NCBI GenBank assembly: GCA_039714655.1
Contig: JBDLIX010000005.1
Span: 16,509 to 80,508 of the forward strand
Direction of reading: 5' to 3'
Length of the DNA: 64,000 nt
Source: Bacteroidota bacterium
GTDB taxonomy: Bacteria > Bacteroidota > Bacteroidia > Bacteroidales > GCA-2748055
A program made the translations under genes and the position numbers. Below, one piece after another: positions 44,722 through 54,229 of the stretch (positions within the stretch are counted from its first letter, which is position 1; each line of letters begins with the position of its first letter). The notes under the pieces were generated by a model, which was given only the letters and a program-made list of their open reading frames with translations, did not search any database and was not told where the DNA came from.

Positions 44722-45378
44722 ATGAAAATATTAAGGTTTTATCTATGGATCCTTCTGGCAGTAATGATTTCATCTTCTATGGATATGATTGCACAGGAGT
44801 CCGATTACCGACCCGGTCTTCTTTTCAGGGAGGAGTGGAAAGAGATCCCTGCCGAGACTCCTGTAACCCAAAATCATATAAGCAATCCTGATCTCATCCT
44901 GAGACTTTATGGTCCGGGGAAAGACAGCATTAAAAAGAGTCACCATGATAATCCGGCGGATGATCCCTATTATATCTGGTCGGGTCTCTGTCCCGGTAAC
45001 TGGGCGCTTACCCTGAAACACAGGAAATACCATATGGACCTGTCGGGTTTCGCAAAGATCAAATGGCGAACCAAGCAGTTTGGATTCAGGGAATTGCATA
45101 TTTTACTGAAGCTTGCCGACGGATCGTGGCTGGTAAGCAGACAGGGTGATCCCGCTTCTGCTGACTGGCGTGAGCGGGAATTCAACCTGCAGGATCTGGA
45201 GTGGTACACCATCCATATGGAATCCATCACCGAACAAGCTCCTGTAACCGATCCCGATCTCACAGAAGTGTTGGAGATAGGATTCACCGATCTCATGCCC
45301 GGTGGTAAAAGTGCAGCCTGTTCACGACTTGACTGGATCGAGGTATATGGTTATCCTGTTGCAGGAAATCCAAATTAA
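44722..45378 (+). CDS. hypothetical secreted protein, no family recognised
   Basis: Signal peptide MKILRFYLWILLAVMISSSMDMIAQ. 218 aa, beta-rich looking. Confidence 0.5.
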   Translation: MKILRFYLWILLAVMISSSMDMIAQESDYRPGLLFREEWKEIPAETPVTQNHISNPDLILRLYGPGKDSIKKSHHDNPADDPYYIWSGLCPGNWALTLKHRKYHMDLSGFAKIKWRTKQFGFRELHILLKLADGSWLVSRQGDPASADWREREFNLQDLEWYTIHMESITEQAPVTDPDLTEVLEIGFTDLMPGGKSAACSRLDWIEVYGYPVAGNPN

Positions 45379-45401
45379 CAACATCTTAATTGCACATTAC
45401 C

Positions 45402-46403
45402 ATGAAGAAGAAAATTTCACGCAGAGCGTTTGTTCAAACCACTGTGGCTGCCACAGCAACGATGGCATTTACACCTTCAGTGGGATGTTCATCCATTTCA
45501 TCGCCCTATGATTCAAAAGGATTGCCCACGGTTAAATTGGGAAATACAGGAGTTCAGGTGCCCCTGATGGGATTTGGTTGTGGCAGTCGCTGGATGTCTG
45601 TTGAGAGTGATGATGATGCACTTCAAATACTTGAATATGCCTTAGAGCAGGGGCTCTACTATTGGGATACAGCTTCATCCTATGGAAACGAAAAGATATC
45701 CAGTGAAGAGAGAATAGGTAAGGTCTTGACAGCACATAGGGATAAAGTCTTTCTGGTTTCTAAAACCGGAGACCGTGATGCCGAAAAAGCCAAAGAGAGT
45801 ATTGAACGGAGTCTGAAAAGGCTGGGTACCGATCACATCGACCTTCTACATGTGCATTCCATAAAGTCTGTGGAAGATGCTGAAGAACTGGGAGAGAAAG
45901 GAAAAGTGCTGGAGGTGCTTTACCGCTATAGAAGTGAAGGTGTGATTAAGCACATCGGATTTACTGGTCATACCACAGCAGAGGGTATGAAAAGAGCAGC
46001 AGAACTATACGATTTTGAGGTCATGATGATGGCTTTGAATCACCAATCGTCCGATGGAGCTGAGAAATTTGAAGAACTTCCGGCCCCGTTTGCCAAAAAG
46101 AAAGGGATGGGGGTCGTGGCCATGAAAGTGATAAGGCCCAGGGAGACCGTGGAAGGTTTGGCTGCTGCAGACCTTGTTCAATATGCCCTGACACTCAAAG
46201 ATTTCCATATGATCAATGTTGGGATCGACAGCATGGATGTACTTAAACACAACCTGGAGATCATAAAGGAATTCAAACCCATGGATGAGCAGAAGATGAA
46301 AGAGATACGTCTGGCCCTTCACCCTTTTTACCAGGGGGAAAAGCTTGCCTGGATGCAACCTTCCTACGTGGATGGCTGGAATAAAAATCTGTTCCTGGCC
46401 TGA
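45402..46403 (+). CDS. aldo/keto reductase with twin-arginine signal
   Basis: SRRAFVQTTVAATATMAF Tat-like signal. AKR motifs (LEYALEQGLYYWDTASSYG, DLLHVHS, IGFTGH). Confidence 0.8.
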   Translation: MKKKISRRAFVQTTVAATATMAFTPSVGCSSISSPYDSKGLPTVKLGNTGVQVPLMGFGCGSRWMSVESDDDALQILEYALEQGLYYWDTASSYGNEKISSEERIGKVLTAHRDKVFLVSKTGDRDAEKAKESIERSLKRLGTDHIDLLHVHSIKSVEDAEELGEKGKVLEVLYRYRSEGVIKHIGFTGHTTAEGMKRAAELYDFEVMMMALNHQSSDGAEKFEELPAPFAKKKGMGVVAMKVIRPRETVEGLAAADLVQYALTLKDFHMINVGIDSMDVLKHNLEIIKEFKPMDEQKMKEIRLALHPFYQGEKLAWMQPSYVDGWNKNLFLA

Positions 46404-46437
46404 TGTAATCCGAATCCAGTAATTGTTTGAGATACTT

Positions 46438-47808
46438 CTATTCCCTGTAAAACCTGCTCTTATGCTCCTCTGCTATTTCTATCAGACCGGTAGCAATATG
46501 GGGATATTGCTGTAACACATTGGTGGTTTCATAGGGATCGGTTTCCATATCAAACAGGGCAGTGTCGATCTTCGCCTGAACATACTTTCCGGCCAAACCA
46601 TCCATTCCTGCTTCTTCCAGCGTCCGATAGGCATGAGGAAGATGAAGTTTCCAGCGTCCGTCACCACTCATGACTCCTTCAAAATTCCGCCCATTTGAGA
46701 ATGCATAATAGGTGTGGGGATTTTCAGCACCTTCCACACCTCGTACCAGGTCCCACACATTTTTCCCATCGATCTCATTTTCAGGTAACGGTATCTCTGC
46801 CAGATAACAAAGGGTAGGGAGGAGGTCCACCGTACCAAATGTTTCTGATGAAATGCTGCCCTCTGCTATATGTCCGGGGTATTTGATAAGACAGGCAGAT
46901 CGCACACCGCCATCAAATGAGGTGCCTTTTGCCTCCCTGAATGGAGTGATTCCCGCATGGTTTCCATAGGCTATCCAGGGGCCATTGTCGGAAGTAAGGA
47001 TCACAATGGTATTCTGATCCACTCCACTCTCTTTCAAAGCTTTGTTGATCTGCCCAACACTCCAGTCGATTTCCAACATCACATCCCAGTACAATCCTTT
47101 GCCTGACTTGCCTTCAAATTCATCACTACAAAATAGGGGTACATGGGGCATGCTGTGGGGCACATAGAGAAGGAATGAACTATCCTGGTGCCGGTGAATA
47201 AAATCAACCGCCTGTTCGGTATACCAACGTGTCAGGTTCTTCTGATCAGATTTTTCTACTGTGTCAATGGTCACCTCACCATTTTCCCAGTACCGCAATG
47301 GCCATTGCCCCCAGTACTCCGGACTCTCCGGGTGGTGTTTCCACATATCATTGGAGTACATCAATCCGCAGGTCTCATCAAAACCTCTGGAATATGACCT
47401 GGTTTCGGGCTGGTCACCACAATGCCATTTCCCAAATGCAGCGGTGGCATAGCCTGCCTCGCTAAAAACCTCGCCCATGGTGGCAAAAGTGGTATCCAAA
47501 CCCCATGCATTGGGTCCATGTGCACCGAACACTTTGGTGTGGCCGGGATAACAGCCACTCATCAAAGCCGACCTGGAGGCCGAACATACGGCTTGTGGCA
47601 CATAAAAATTGTGATAGGCACCTCCTTCAGCTGCCAACTGTGTAACATGTGGTGTTTCTATGGCAACTTCTCCAAATGGTTCAAAATCGGCCCAACCCGA
47701 ATCATCCAGAAATATGATCACTATATTGGGCTTTTTTGTTTCATTCTCCTGATTGCAAGCCACCAGGCCGATAGCAAGGCAAAACGAAATAAAGATTAGA
47801 GTTCTCAT
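46438..47808 (-). CDS. sulfatase (arylsulfatase A family), lipoprotein
   Basis: Lipobox LVAC. IIFLDDSGW. Formylglycine motif CSASRSALMSG (codons 47572..47586). GKWHCG. SDNGP. Confidence 0.85.
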   Translation of the reverse strand: MRTLIFISFCLAIGLVACNQENETKKPNIVIIFLDDSGWADFEPFGEVAIETPHVTQLAAEGGAYHNFYVPQAVCSASRSALMSGCYPGHTKVFGAHGPNAWGLDTTFATMGEVFSEAGYATAAFGKWHCGDQPETRSYSRGFDETCGLMYSNDMWKHHPESPEYWGQWPLRYWENGEVTIDTVEKSDQKNLTRWYTEQAVDFIHRHQDSSFLLYVPHSMPHVPLFCSDEFEGKSGKGLYWDVMLEIDWSVGQINKALKESGVDQNTIVILTSDNGPWIAYGNHAGITPFREAKGTSFDGGVRSACLIKYPGHIAEGSISSETFGTVDLLPTLCYLAEIPLPENEIDGKNVWDLVRGVEGAENPHTYYAFSNGRNFEGVMSGDGRWKLHLPHAYRTLEEAGMDGLAGKYVQAKIDTALFDMETDPYETTNVLQQYPHIATGLIEIAEEHKSRFYRE

Positions 47809-47861
47809 GGTATTGTTTCATGCGGTTTTGGTAGAATATATCAAAACTAACTATTTCTTGC

Positions 47862-48482
47862 TCAGATTAGCCAGGAATCCATATTTAACAGATCAAAAAA
47901 GATAATTCCCTGGAGCACAAACCTCACAAGACGAGCAAGGGCAAAAAGAAGAAATAACCTGAAAGGGAATTTCAGCATGCTTACAGCAATGACCACCAGT
48001 GAGAAAGGAGTAAATGGGAACAATGCCGCAATGATAATAAAGGCACCTCCCCATTTACGAACAAAATCGATATAATTCTTCAATCGCTTTTCAGTGAATG
48101 CCTTTACATTAGGCCTTCTGGAGATCCATAAGCCAATGCCGTAAGATATGACTCCTCCCGCATAGGATAGAGTGCCCAAAAGGGCAAGGTAGGGGATTGG
48201 AACTTCGAATTTCTGGGTCCATATCACAAACAGGTCCACCGGGATCATTCCGGCAAAGGATTCTGAAACGAAGAAAAGCAGGATCACGAACCTGTCAGAC
48301 AGCCGGCTTATAAAAGTGTGAAAAAAACTGTTGAAATCCACCAGGTATTTTCCCACCAGGAATACCAGGAAGACAATAAACAGATAGCTAAGAATGATCA
48401 GGAGGAGATTTCTGCCCACATACCTGAAGAATCCTTTTGCTTTTAATTGCTTATACAATAAGCCAGGCGTAAAAAGAAGCAT
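47862..48482 (-). CDS. DedA/YqaA-like (VTT domain) membrane protein
   Basis: 206 aa with 5-6 hydrophobic helices. SESFAGMIPVD resembles the VTT-domain motif. Weak assignment. Confidence 0.45.
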   Translation of the reverse strand: MLLFTPGLLYKQLKAKGFFRYVGRNLLLIILSYLFIVFLVFLVGKYLVDFNSFFHTFISRLSDRFVILLFFVSESFAGMIPVDLFVIWTQKFEVPIPYLALLGTLSYAGGVISYGIGLWISRRPNVKAFTEKRLKNYIDFVRKWGGAFIIIAALFPFTPFSLVVIAVSMLKFPFRLFLLFALARLVRFVLQGIIFFDLLNMDSWLI

Positions 48483-48541
48483 CGGGGTGAATAATCAAAT
48501 TCACCATAAATTACGAAAAAGAATGAAGATACCGAAACGTA

Positions 48542-49762
48542 TCAAGCTACGAAAGTAAACGCTTTGCCAACTTTTCCGGCCCTGCCTGTTCGCCCGATGC
48601 GATGTATATAACTGTCATGTGTCTGTGGCACCTGATAGTTTATGACATGGGAGACATCAGAAATGTCAAGTCCGCGGGATGCCACGTCTGTAGCTACCAA
48701 AACACGAACACGTCCCTGTTTAAAGGCTTTAAGTGCAGACTGCCTGGCATTCTGACTTTTATTACCATGGATTTGATCGGCAGGAATTCCAGCTCTGTTT
48801 AATTTGACACACAACTTGGTTACCCTGTGTTTGGTCTCCTCGAACAACAGAACTTTATTGAAATCCTCCCGGGATAACATCTCCTGAAGTACTTTGAATT
48901 TGTCGTCACCTGGTTTGAGTCTGACAATGTCCTGATCTATGTTATCGCCGGTTTGGTCACCACTGGTAACTTTTACGGTAATGTGATTCTTAAGTATGTG
49001 GTCGATCAGTGATTGTTGTTTTTTATCGAGTGTAGCCGAGAATAGCATGGTTTGATTGCGTTGATGCATACTCTCAATGATTCGATTCACATCTCGCACG
49101 AAACCCATATCGAGCATGCGGTCAAACTCATCCAGAACCAGTGTTTTGAACTTGCCAAGATCAAGCACCCTGCGATTGGTCAGGTCAAGCAACCTTCCAG
49201 GTGTTGCAATGACAACATGACTTGGCCTTCTAAGAGTCTGCATGTCCCGGTTGATGTTGGTACCCCCAATGAAACATGCACTATACAATCCCAGTCCCCT
49301 GGTCATGCTTTTGAATTCCTCCTCTACTTGCAGTGCCAATTCCCGGGTAGGGACCACTACCAGTGCATAAGGATTCACTCTTTTGTGAAGCAGCTGTTCG
49401 ATGATCGGCATCAGGTAAGCCCCGGTTTTCCCGGTTCCCGTTTGTGCAATGCCTAGAAGGTCCTTGCCTTGCATCAGTGCTTCCAGTGTCCTCTCCTGAA
49501 TTTCAGTAGGCCTTTCATATCCCTTTTTCTCAAGAGATTGTTTAAGTTTCGCACTAATGGGCATTTCCTTAATAAGGCGATCTGAACGAAACTCTTTTAC
49601 TTCTGTCTGGCTTGCCTCTTTCACCAAACGTGAAGGGTCAAGTGTTGACGGTTTTAAACCCGGTTTGGAAGAACGTCGATGGTTGTTCTGTGAACCGGAG
49701 TGCCTGTATTTAACTGGTGTTGAATTAGTTCTTTGTCTTTTCTTAAATGTTGTATTACTCAT
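48542..49762 (-). CDS. DEAD-box ATP-dependent RNA helicase with basic N-terminal extension
   Basis: Q-motif region, AQTGTGKT, PTRELA, DEFD (variant of DEAD), SAT, and HRIGRTGRAG. Start set at ATG 49762 (MSNTTFKKRQR). Confidence 0.85.
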   Translation of the reverse strand: MSNTTFKKRQRTNSTPVKYRHSGSQNNHRRSSKPGLKPSTLDPSRLVKEASQTEVKEFRSDRLIKEMPISAKLKQSLEKKGYERPTEIQERTLEALMQGKDLLGIAQTGTGKTGAYLMPIIEQLLHKRVNPYALVVVPTRELALQVEEEFKSMTRGLGLYSACFIGGTNINRDMQTLRRPSHVVIATPGRLLDLTNRRVLDLGKFKTLVLDEFDRMLDMGFVRDVNRIIESMHQRNQTMLFSATLDKKQQSLIDHILKNHITVKVTSGDQTGDNIDQDIVRLKPGDDKFKVLQEMLSREDFNKVLLFEETKHRVTKLCVKLNRAGIPADQIHGNKSQNARQSALKAFKQGRVRVLVATDVASRGLDISDVSHVINYQVPQTHDSYIHRIGRTGRAGKVGKAFTFVA

Positions 49763-49991
49763 ATAATAGATGTTTACACAGCCATTGATGGCTGAAATAT
49801 TAGTTATCAGCGAACTTTTAAGGATCGCTGGCCTTAGCTGAATCAGAAAAAAAAGAGAGGGGTCCCGATGGTGTTGGGAAATCTGCCTTGTTAGAAAGTC
49901 GGCTAAGAAATTTTGGCAAAGATAATCAAATTCCTTAGAACGTATGGTTTCGACTAATGTTTGGTTATTTTTGTGCATCTAAACATCATAA

Positions 49992-51236
49992 ATGAAGTTT
50001 GAAGAATACCGCATTGCCGAGGGAATTAAAAGAAGTATATCCAAGCTGGGATATAAAAAACCCACTGATATCCAGTTTAAATCGATTCCTCCCATCCTGA
50101 AAGGGGAGGATGTACTGGCCATTGCACAAACGGGTACAGGTAAAACTGCTGCGTATGCCATCCCTCTCCTCCACCTGTTGCAGGAACGAAAAATCAAAGG
50201 CCGGCCCGATGGAGTGAAGTGCCTGGTGATGGTGCCCACCCACGAGCTGGCACTGCAAACAGAAGCTGTTTTTAAAACGCTGGGCAAGCATACCCGAATC
50301 ACCTCTTTTTCGATTCATGGCGGGGTGGATCAGGATCCACAGATTGAACAGCTCAACAAGGGAGTGGATGTGTTGATAGCCACACCCGGAAGAATGTTCG
50401 ACCTGGTAAGTCAGGGTGTACTTCTGTTAAAGCGGGTGGAGATCCTGGTATTGGATGAGGCCGATCACATGCTTGACCTGGGGTTCATTAAAGATATTCG
50501 GGATCTGATGTATCACCTTCCAAGAAAGCGACAGACCCTTTTTTTCTCAGCCACCATCAATGAGAAGATTAAGAAGATTGCCTACTCCCTGGTTACAGAT
50601 GCCATTCGCATCCAGATATCACCCAAAGACCCTGTGGCCAGGAACATTGAACACGCTGTTGCTTTTATTGAGATGGATGACAAGCGCTTCTTCTTGGAAG
50701 ATGTGATAAAAAATGATGATGATAAGAAAATATTGGTTTTTGTAAGAACCAAAGTGAGGGCTGAACGGGTGAAAAAAGCGTTGGAAAGAGTCAATATCAT
50801 AGCCGGTAGCATACACAGTGACAAATTGCAGGAAGAGCGCGAACGAACCATGCAAAGTTTCAGAAATGGGGAGTTGAAAGTTTTGATTACCACCGATGTA
50901 AGTGCCAGGGGAATTGATATACCTGATGTGGAATACGTGGTAAATTATGATCTGCCCGAAACATCAGAACATTATGTTCACAGGGTGGGGAGGACAGGCC
51001 GCGGCAACCAGAAAGGGCAAGCAATCTCATTCTGCAGTTCAGAAGAGATGGAGTTGTTAGCCACCATTGAGAAGAACCTGGGAAAACCGGTTCACAGGGT
51101 AGAAATATCGAAAGGTGATTACCAGAACACCCTGGATATTTCTGAAGAATATAGCTCCGGCGACTGGCAATCGTTACTGAAAGAAGAAGAGGAGTATCAA
51201 AAAAGTCGCAAAAGGAAAAAACGGAAGTCTAAATGA
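49992..51236 (+). CDS. DEAD-box ATP-dependent RNA helicase (RhlE-like) with basic C-terminal tail
   Basis: AQTGTGKT, PTHELA, DEAD, SAT and HRVGRTGRG. C-terminal tail KSRKRKKRKSK. Confidence 0.9.
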   Translation: MKFEEYRIAEGIKRSISKLGYKKPTDIQFKSIPPILKGEDVLAIAQTGTGKTAAYAIPLLHLLQERKIKGRPDGVKCLVMVPTHELALQTEAVFKTLGKHTRITSFSIHGGVDQDPQIEQLNKGVDVLIATPGRMFDLVSQGVLLLKRVEILVLDEADHMLDLGFIKDIRDLMYHLPRKRQTLFFSATINEKIKKIAYSLVTDAIRIQISPKDPVARNIEHAVAFIEMDDKRFFLEDVIKNDDDKKILVFVRTKVRAERVKKALERVNIIAGSIHSDKLQEERERTMQSFRNGELKVLITTDVSARGIDIPDVEYVVNYDLPETSEHYVHRVGRTGRGNQKGQAISFCSSEEMELLATIEKNLGKPVHRVEISKGDYQNTLDISEEYSSGDWQSLLKEEEEYQKSRKRKKRKSK

Positions 51237-51357
51237 TCCTTTGACAAGTCTCAGGAGTTGATTCTTTCTTTTTACAATTCATCGTACTAATTCAACAGTT
51301 CAGTCATCCTTTCTTTTTAAAACGAGTCTTTACCAACAAATTTGTGGTGTTGTTTTA

Positions 51358-53553
51358 ATGCAATACACCATGAATCTGTTGAACATGAGAATAACAATAC
51401 TTTGCTCACTGCTTTTTATCCTGGGATTTAATCTCGCTGCACAAACTACCATTTCCGGAGTAATCACAGACACCGAAAGTCAGAGTCTTGTGGGAGCAAA
51501 TATCTATATTCAAGGCACATACGACGGGGCCTCCAGTAATCATGAAGGGGCATTCAAACTGACAACAGATGAAGTAGGCCGACATATTCTATGTATCGAT
51601 TTTATTGGTTTTGAGACCTTCAGAAGAGAAATCAGCCTGGAAGGTACAGCTGTGAATATTCCTGATATTAAATTGAAAGAGGTATTTAATGAATTATCTG
51701 CGGTAACCATCTCAGCGGGGACCTTTGAGGCAGGAGATAAGAAGAAATCGATCTCCTTCAGTACTATGGATATGGTTACTACTGCCGGTGCTTCCGGCGA
51801 TCTCTATGGAGCATTGCAGGCCCTCCCGGGCACCACTACGGTTGGGGAATCCGGAAAACTATTTGTAAAAGGGGGCGATAGCCGCGAATCAAAGACATTT
51901 ATCGACGGAACCCTGGTATATGTTCCATACAGCTCTTCATCACCAAACACCTCGGTAAGGGGGAGATTTAGTCCGTTTATGTTTAGCGGTACCATGTTCA
52001 GCACAGGAGGTTATTCGGCTGAATACGGACAGGCTTTATCATCGGTCCTGGCGTTGCAGACCAATGCCATGCCTGTTCAGGACCAATTGAACATATCACT
52101 GTTATCAGTAGGTGCTGAACTGGGGGGTACCAAAACATGGGAGAAAGCGTCGGTGACTTCGTCCATCAACTACAATAATCTGGCACCCTATATGAGACTG
52201 GTACCTCAATACAGAACCTGGGAAAAGGAACCACAATTCCTTTCCGGGGATCTCAGTCTCAGGCTGAAAACCGGTAAATCAGGAATGCTGAAAATCTATG
52301 CCACTTCCAATCAATCCCAACTTACCACCATTGAGGAGAATCTGAATAGGCCTGGCTCCACAAACAGTTACAACCTGATCAATGATAACTATTTCATCAA
52401 TGGTTCGTGGATTGGAGAAGTAGCAAAAGATTGGATCCTGAGCACGGGGTTTTCATACACCAACAACAGAGATAAGGTGGCACTGGATAGCATGCGCTAC
52501 CAGGAGTACCTGAGAGGAACCCATGCCAAGGTAACCATCAGGCACAGGCTTAATGAGCATGCAAAGATCATAGCAGGAGCAGAGTTATTTTCAAAGAATT
52601 ACACTATTTCATTTCCATCAATGGAGAGTCTTGAATCCAATGAATTCTTGAACAATACAGCGGCTGGATTTCTTGAGGCTGAGGTATATGCATCTTCCAA
52701 TTTTATTACCCGGATCGGGACCAGGGTGGAATATTCTGACTATTTGAAAAAGGCAAGCATTGCTCCCAGGATCTCTACAGCATATAAATTAAACGAAAAG
52801 GGACAGGTATCACTTTCCTATGGTTGGTTTTTTCAGGATCCCGAAGATGAGTTCTTGCTTTATACCAATGATTTCAAATATGAAAGGGCCGATCATTACA
52901 CCCTCAATTATATCATGAAAGGTGACAAAAGGGTATTCAGGACAGAACTCTATTATAAGGATTACAAAAACCTGGTTAAATACGCAATTAGTGAGAACAG
53001 TGAATATGATTTCATAAACAATAGTGGGTACGGATCCGCATACGGTCTGGATCTATTCTGGAGAGATCGAAAAAGTCTTAAATCAGCGGAATACTGGATA
53101 TCATATTCATTTATAGATGCCCTGAGAAACTATCACAACTACCCTCATGAAACAGTTCCCGGATTCTCCAGCAAACACAATTTGACAATCGTCTACAAAC
53201 AGTGGTTGGGAAGGCTACGGTCCCAAATTGGAGGAACATACCGGTTCTCTTCCCCCAGGTATTATAACAATCCCAATTCCAATGACTTCAATGGTGAGAA
53301 AACAATTCCGTATCAATCAATGGATGTTAACTGGAGTTATTTACACAAGCAAAATATCATCTTTTACTTTTCGGTTTCAAATCTTCTGGGATTTAAACAG
53401 GAGTTTGGCCGTGAATATGCATCAATCCCCGACAGTGAAGGAGTATATCAAAGTGCTCCAAAACTACCGGGTGCCAAGAGATTCTTTATACTGGGATGCT
53501 TTATTACTTTATCGAAAACCGGAGATATTAATCAATTAAATAAAATCAATTAG
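51358..53553 (+). CDS. TonB-dependent receptor with carboxypeptidase-regulatory-like domain
   Basis: Signal peptide. ISGVITDTESQSLVGANIYIQGT (CarboxypepD_reg-like). Plug-like DLYGALQALPGT. A long beta-rich remainder. Confidence 0.75.
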   Translation: MQYTMNLLNMRITILCSLLFILGFNLAAQTTISGVITDTESQSLVGANIYIQGTYDGASSNHEGAFKLTTDEVGRHILCIDFIGFETFRREISLEGTAVNIPDIKLKEVFNELSAVTISAGTFEAGDKKKSISFSTMDMVTTAGASGDLYGALQALPGTTTVGESGKLFVKGGDSRESKTFIDGTLVYVPYSSSSPNTSVRGRFSPFMFSGTMFSTGGYSAEYGQALSSVLALQTNAMPVQDQLNISLLSVGAELGGTKTWEKASVTSSINYNNLAPYMRLVPQYRTWEKEPQFLSGDLSLRLKTGKSGMLKIYATSNQSQLTTIEENLNRPGSTNSYNLINDNYFINGSWIGEVAKDWILSTGFSYTNNRDKVALDSMRYQEYLRGTHAKVTIRHRLNEHAKIIAGAELFSKNYTISFPSMESLESNEFLNNTAAGFLEAEVYASSNFITRIGTRVEYSDYLKKASIAPRISTAYKLNEKGQVSLSYGWFFQDPEDEFLLYTNDFKYERADHYTLNYIMKGDKRVFRTELYYKDYKNLVKYAISENSEYDFINNSGYGSAYGLDLFWRDRKSLKSAEYWISYSFIDALRNYHNYPHETVPGFSSKHNLTIVYKQWLGRLRSQIGGTYRFSSPRYYNNPNSNDFNGEKTIPYQSMDVNWSYLHKQNIIFYFSVSNLLGFKQEFGREYASIPDSEGVYQSAPKLPGAKRFFILGCFITLSKTGDINQLNKIN

Positions 53554-53555
53554 AA

Positions 53556-54200
53556 ATGAAAAGAGCAATTTTAATCATCAGCGCGGCAATCATTGCCAGT
53601 ACCTTAATGGGTGCAAATGAGAAGTATACTCAAAAGATGGGTGAAACGATCACTCAGTTCAGTACGTGCAGATCCATTGAAGATTTCCAGAACCTGGCTA
53701 ATAAATTCAGGATTATCGCCAATGTTGAGACCGAAGAGTGGTTGCCCCTCTATTACGAGGCGCAATGCTACATTACAATGAGTTTCATGGATAGATCAGG
53801 AGCAGAAGGCAAAGATGCGTATCTGGACCAGGCCAATACCTCCATTGAAAAGATGCTGGAGCTGGCGCCCGATGAATCAGAGGTATATGCCCTGCAGGCC
53901 TTCTACTACACAGGCAGATTAGTAGTGAATCCCCCTGAACGTGCCCAAACCACAGCTCCTATGGTAAGTGTAGCCATCGGCAAATCTTTGGGCTTGAATC
54001 CCAACAATCCAAGGGCAAAGTATATCAGGCTGTCAAATGAAATCGGAACAGCAAGGTTTTTTGGTTCCGACACCACTCCCTATTGTAAAAGCGCCCGGGA
54101 ACTGCTGGATCAATGGGACTCCTATCAAGTGAAATCAGCCATTCATCCCGCATGGGGAAAAGACCAGGTGGAGGAAATAGTCAATGATTGCGGAGCGTAA
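53556..54200 (+). CDS. hypothetical secreted helical protein
   Basis: Signal peptide MKRAILIISAAIIASTLMGA. Starts 3 nt after the receptor stop. No family recognised. Confidence 0.5.
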   Translation: MKRAILIISAAIIASTLMGANEKYTQKMGETITQFSTCRSIEDFQNLANKFRIIANVETEEWLPLYYEAQCYITMSFMDRSGAEGKDAYLDQANTSIEKMLELAPDESEVYALQAFYYTGRLVVNPPERAQTTAPMVSVAIGKSLGLNPNNPRAKYIRLSNEIGTARFFGSDTTPYCKSARELLDQWDSYQVKSAIHPAWGKDQVEEIVNDCGA

Positions 54201-54229
54201 TCAGGGTAAAAGGTTCTATATTGTACCTC

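Noticed and set aside
47572-47586. Sulfatase formylglycine motif reads C-S-A-S-R (Ala instead of the usual Pro).
   Set aside because: The accepted consensus is (C/S)-x-(P/A)-x-R, so this is within known variation and not evidence of inactivation.
48483-48541. Possible terminator hairpins after the minus-strand helicase (GGTGAAT..ATTCACC and GATAC..GTATC).
   Set aside because: The stems are short (5-7 bp) and U-tracts are weak or absent. The next gene start is immediately adjacent. This was not convincing enough to call.
49763-49978. N-terminal 72-codon extension of the minus-strand DEAD-box helicase ORF.
   Set aside because: The extension has no helicase similarity and would consume almost the entire divergent promoter region. 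ATG 49762 gives a typical basic N-terminal tail followed by the Q-motif.
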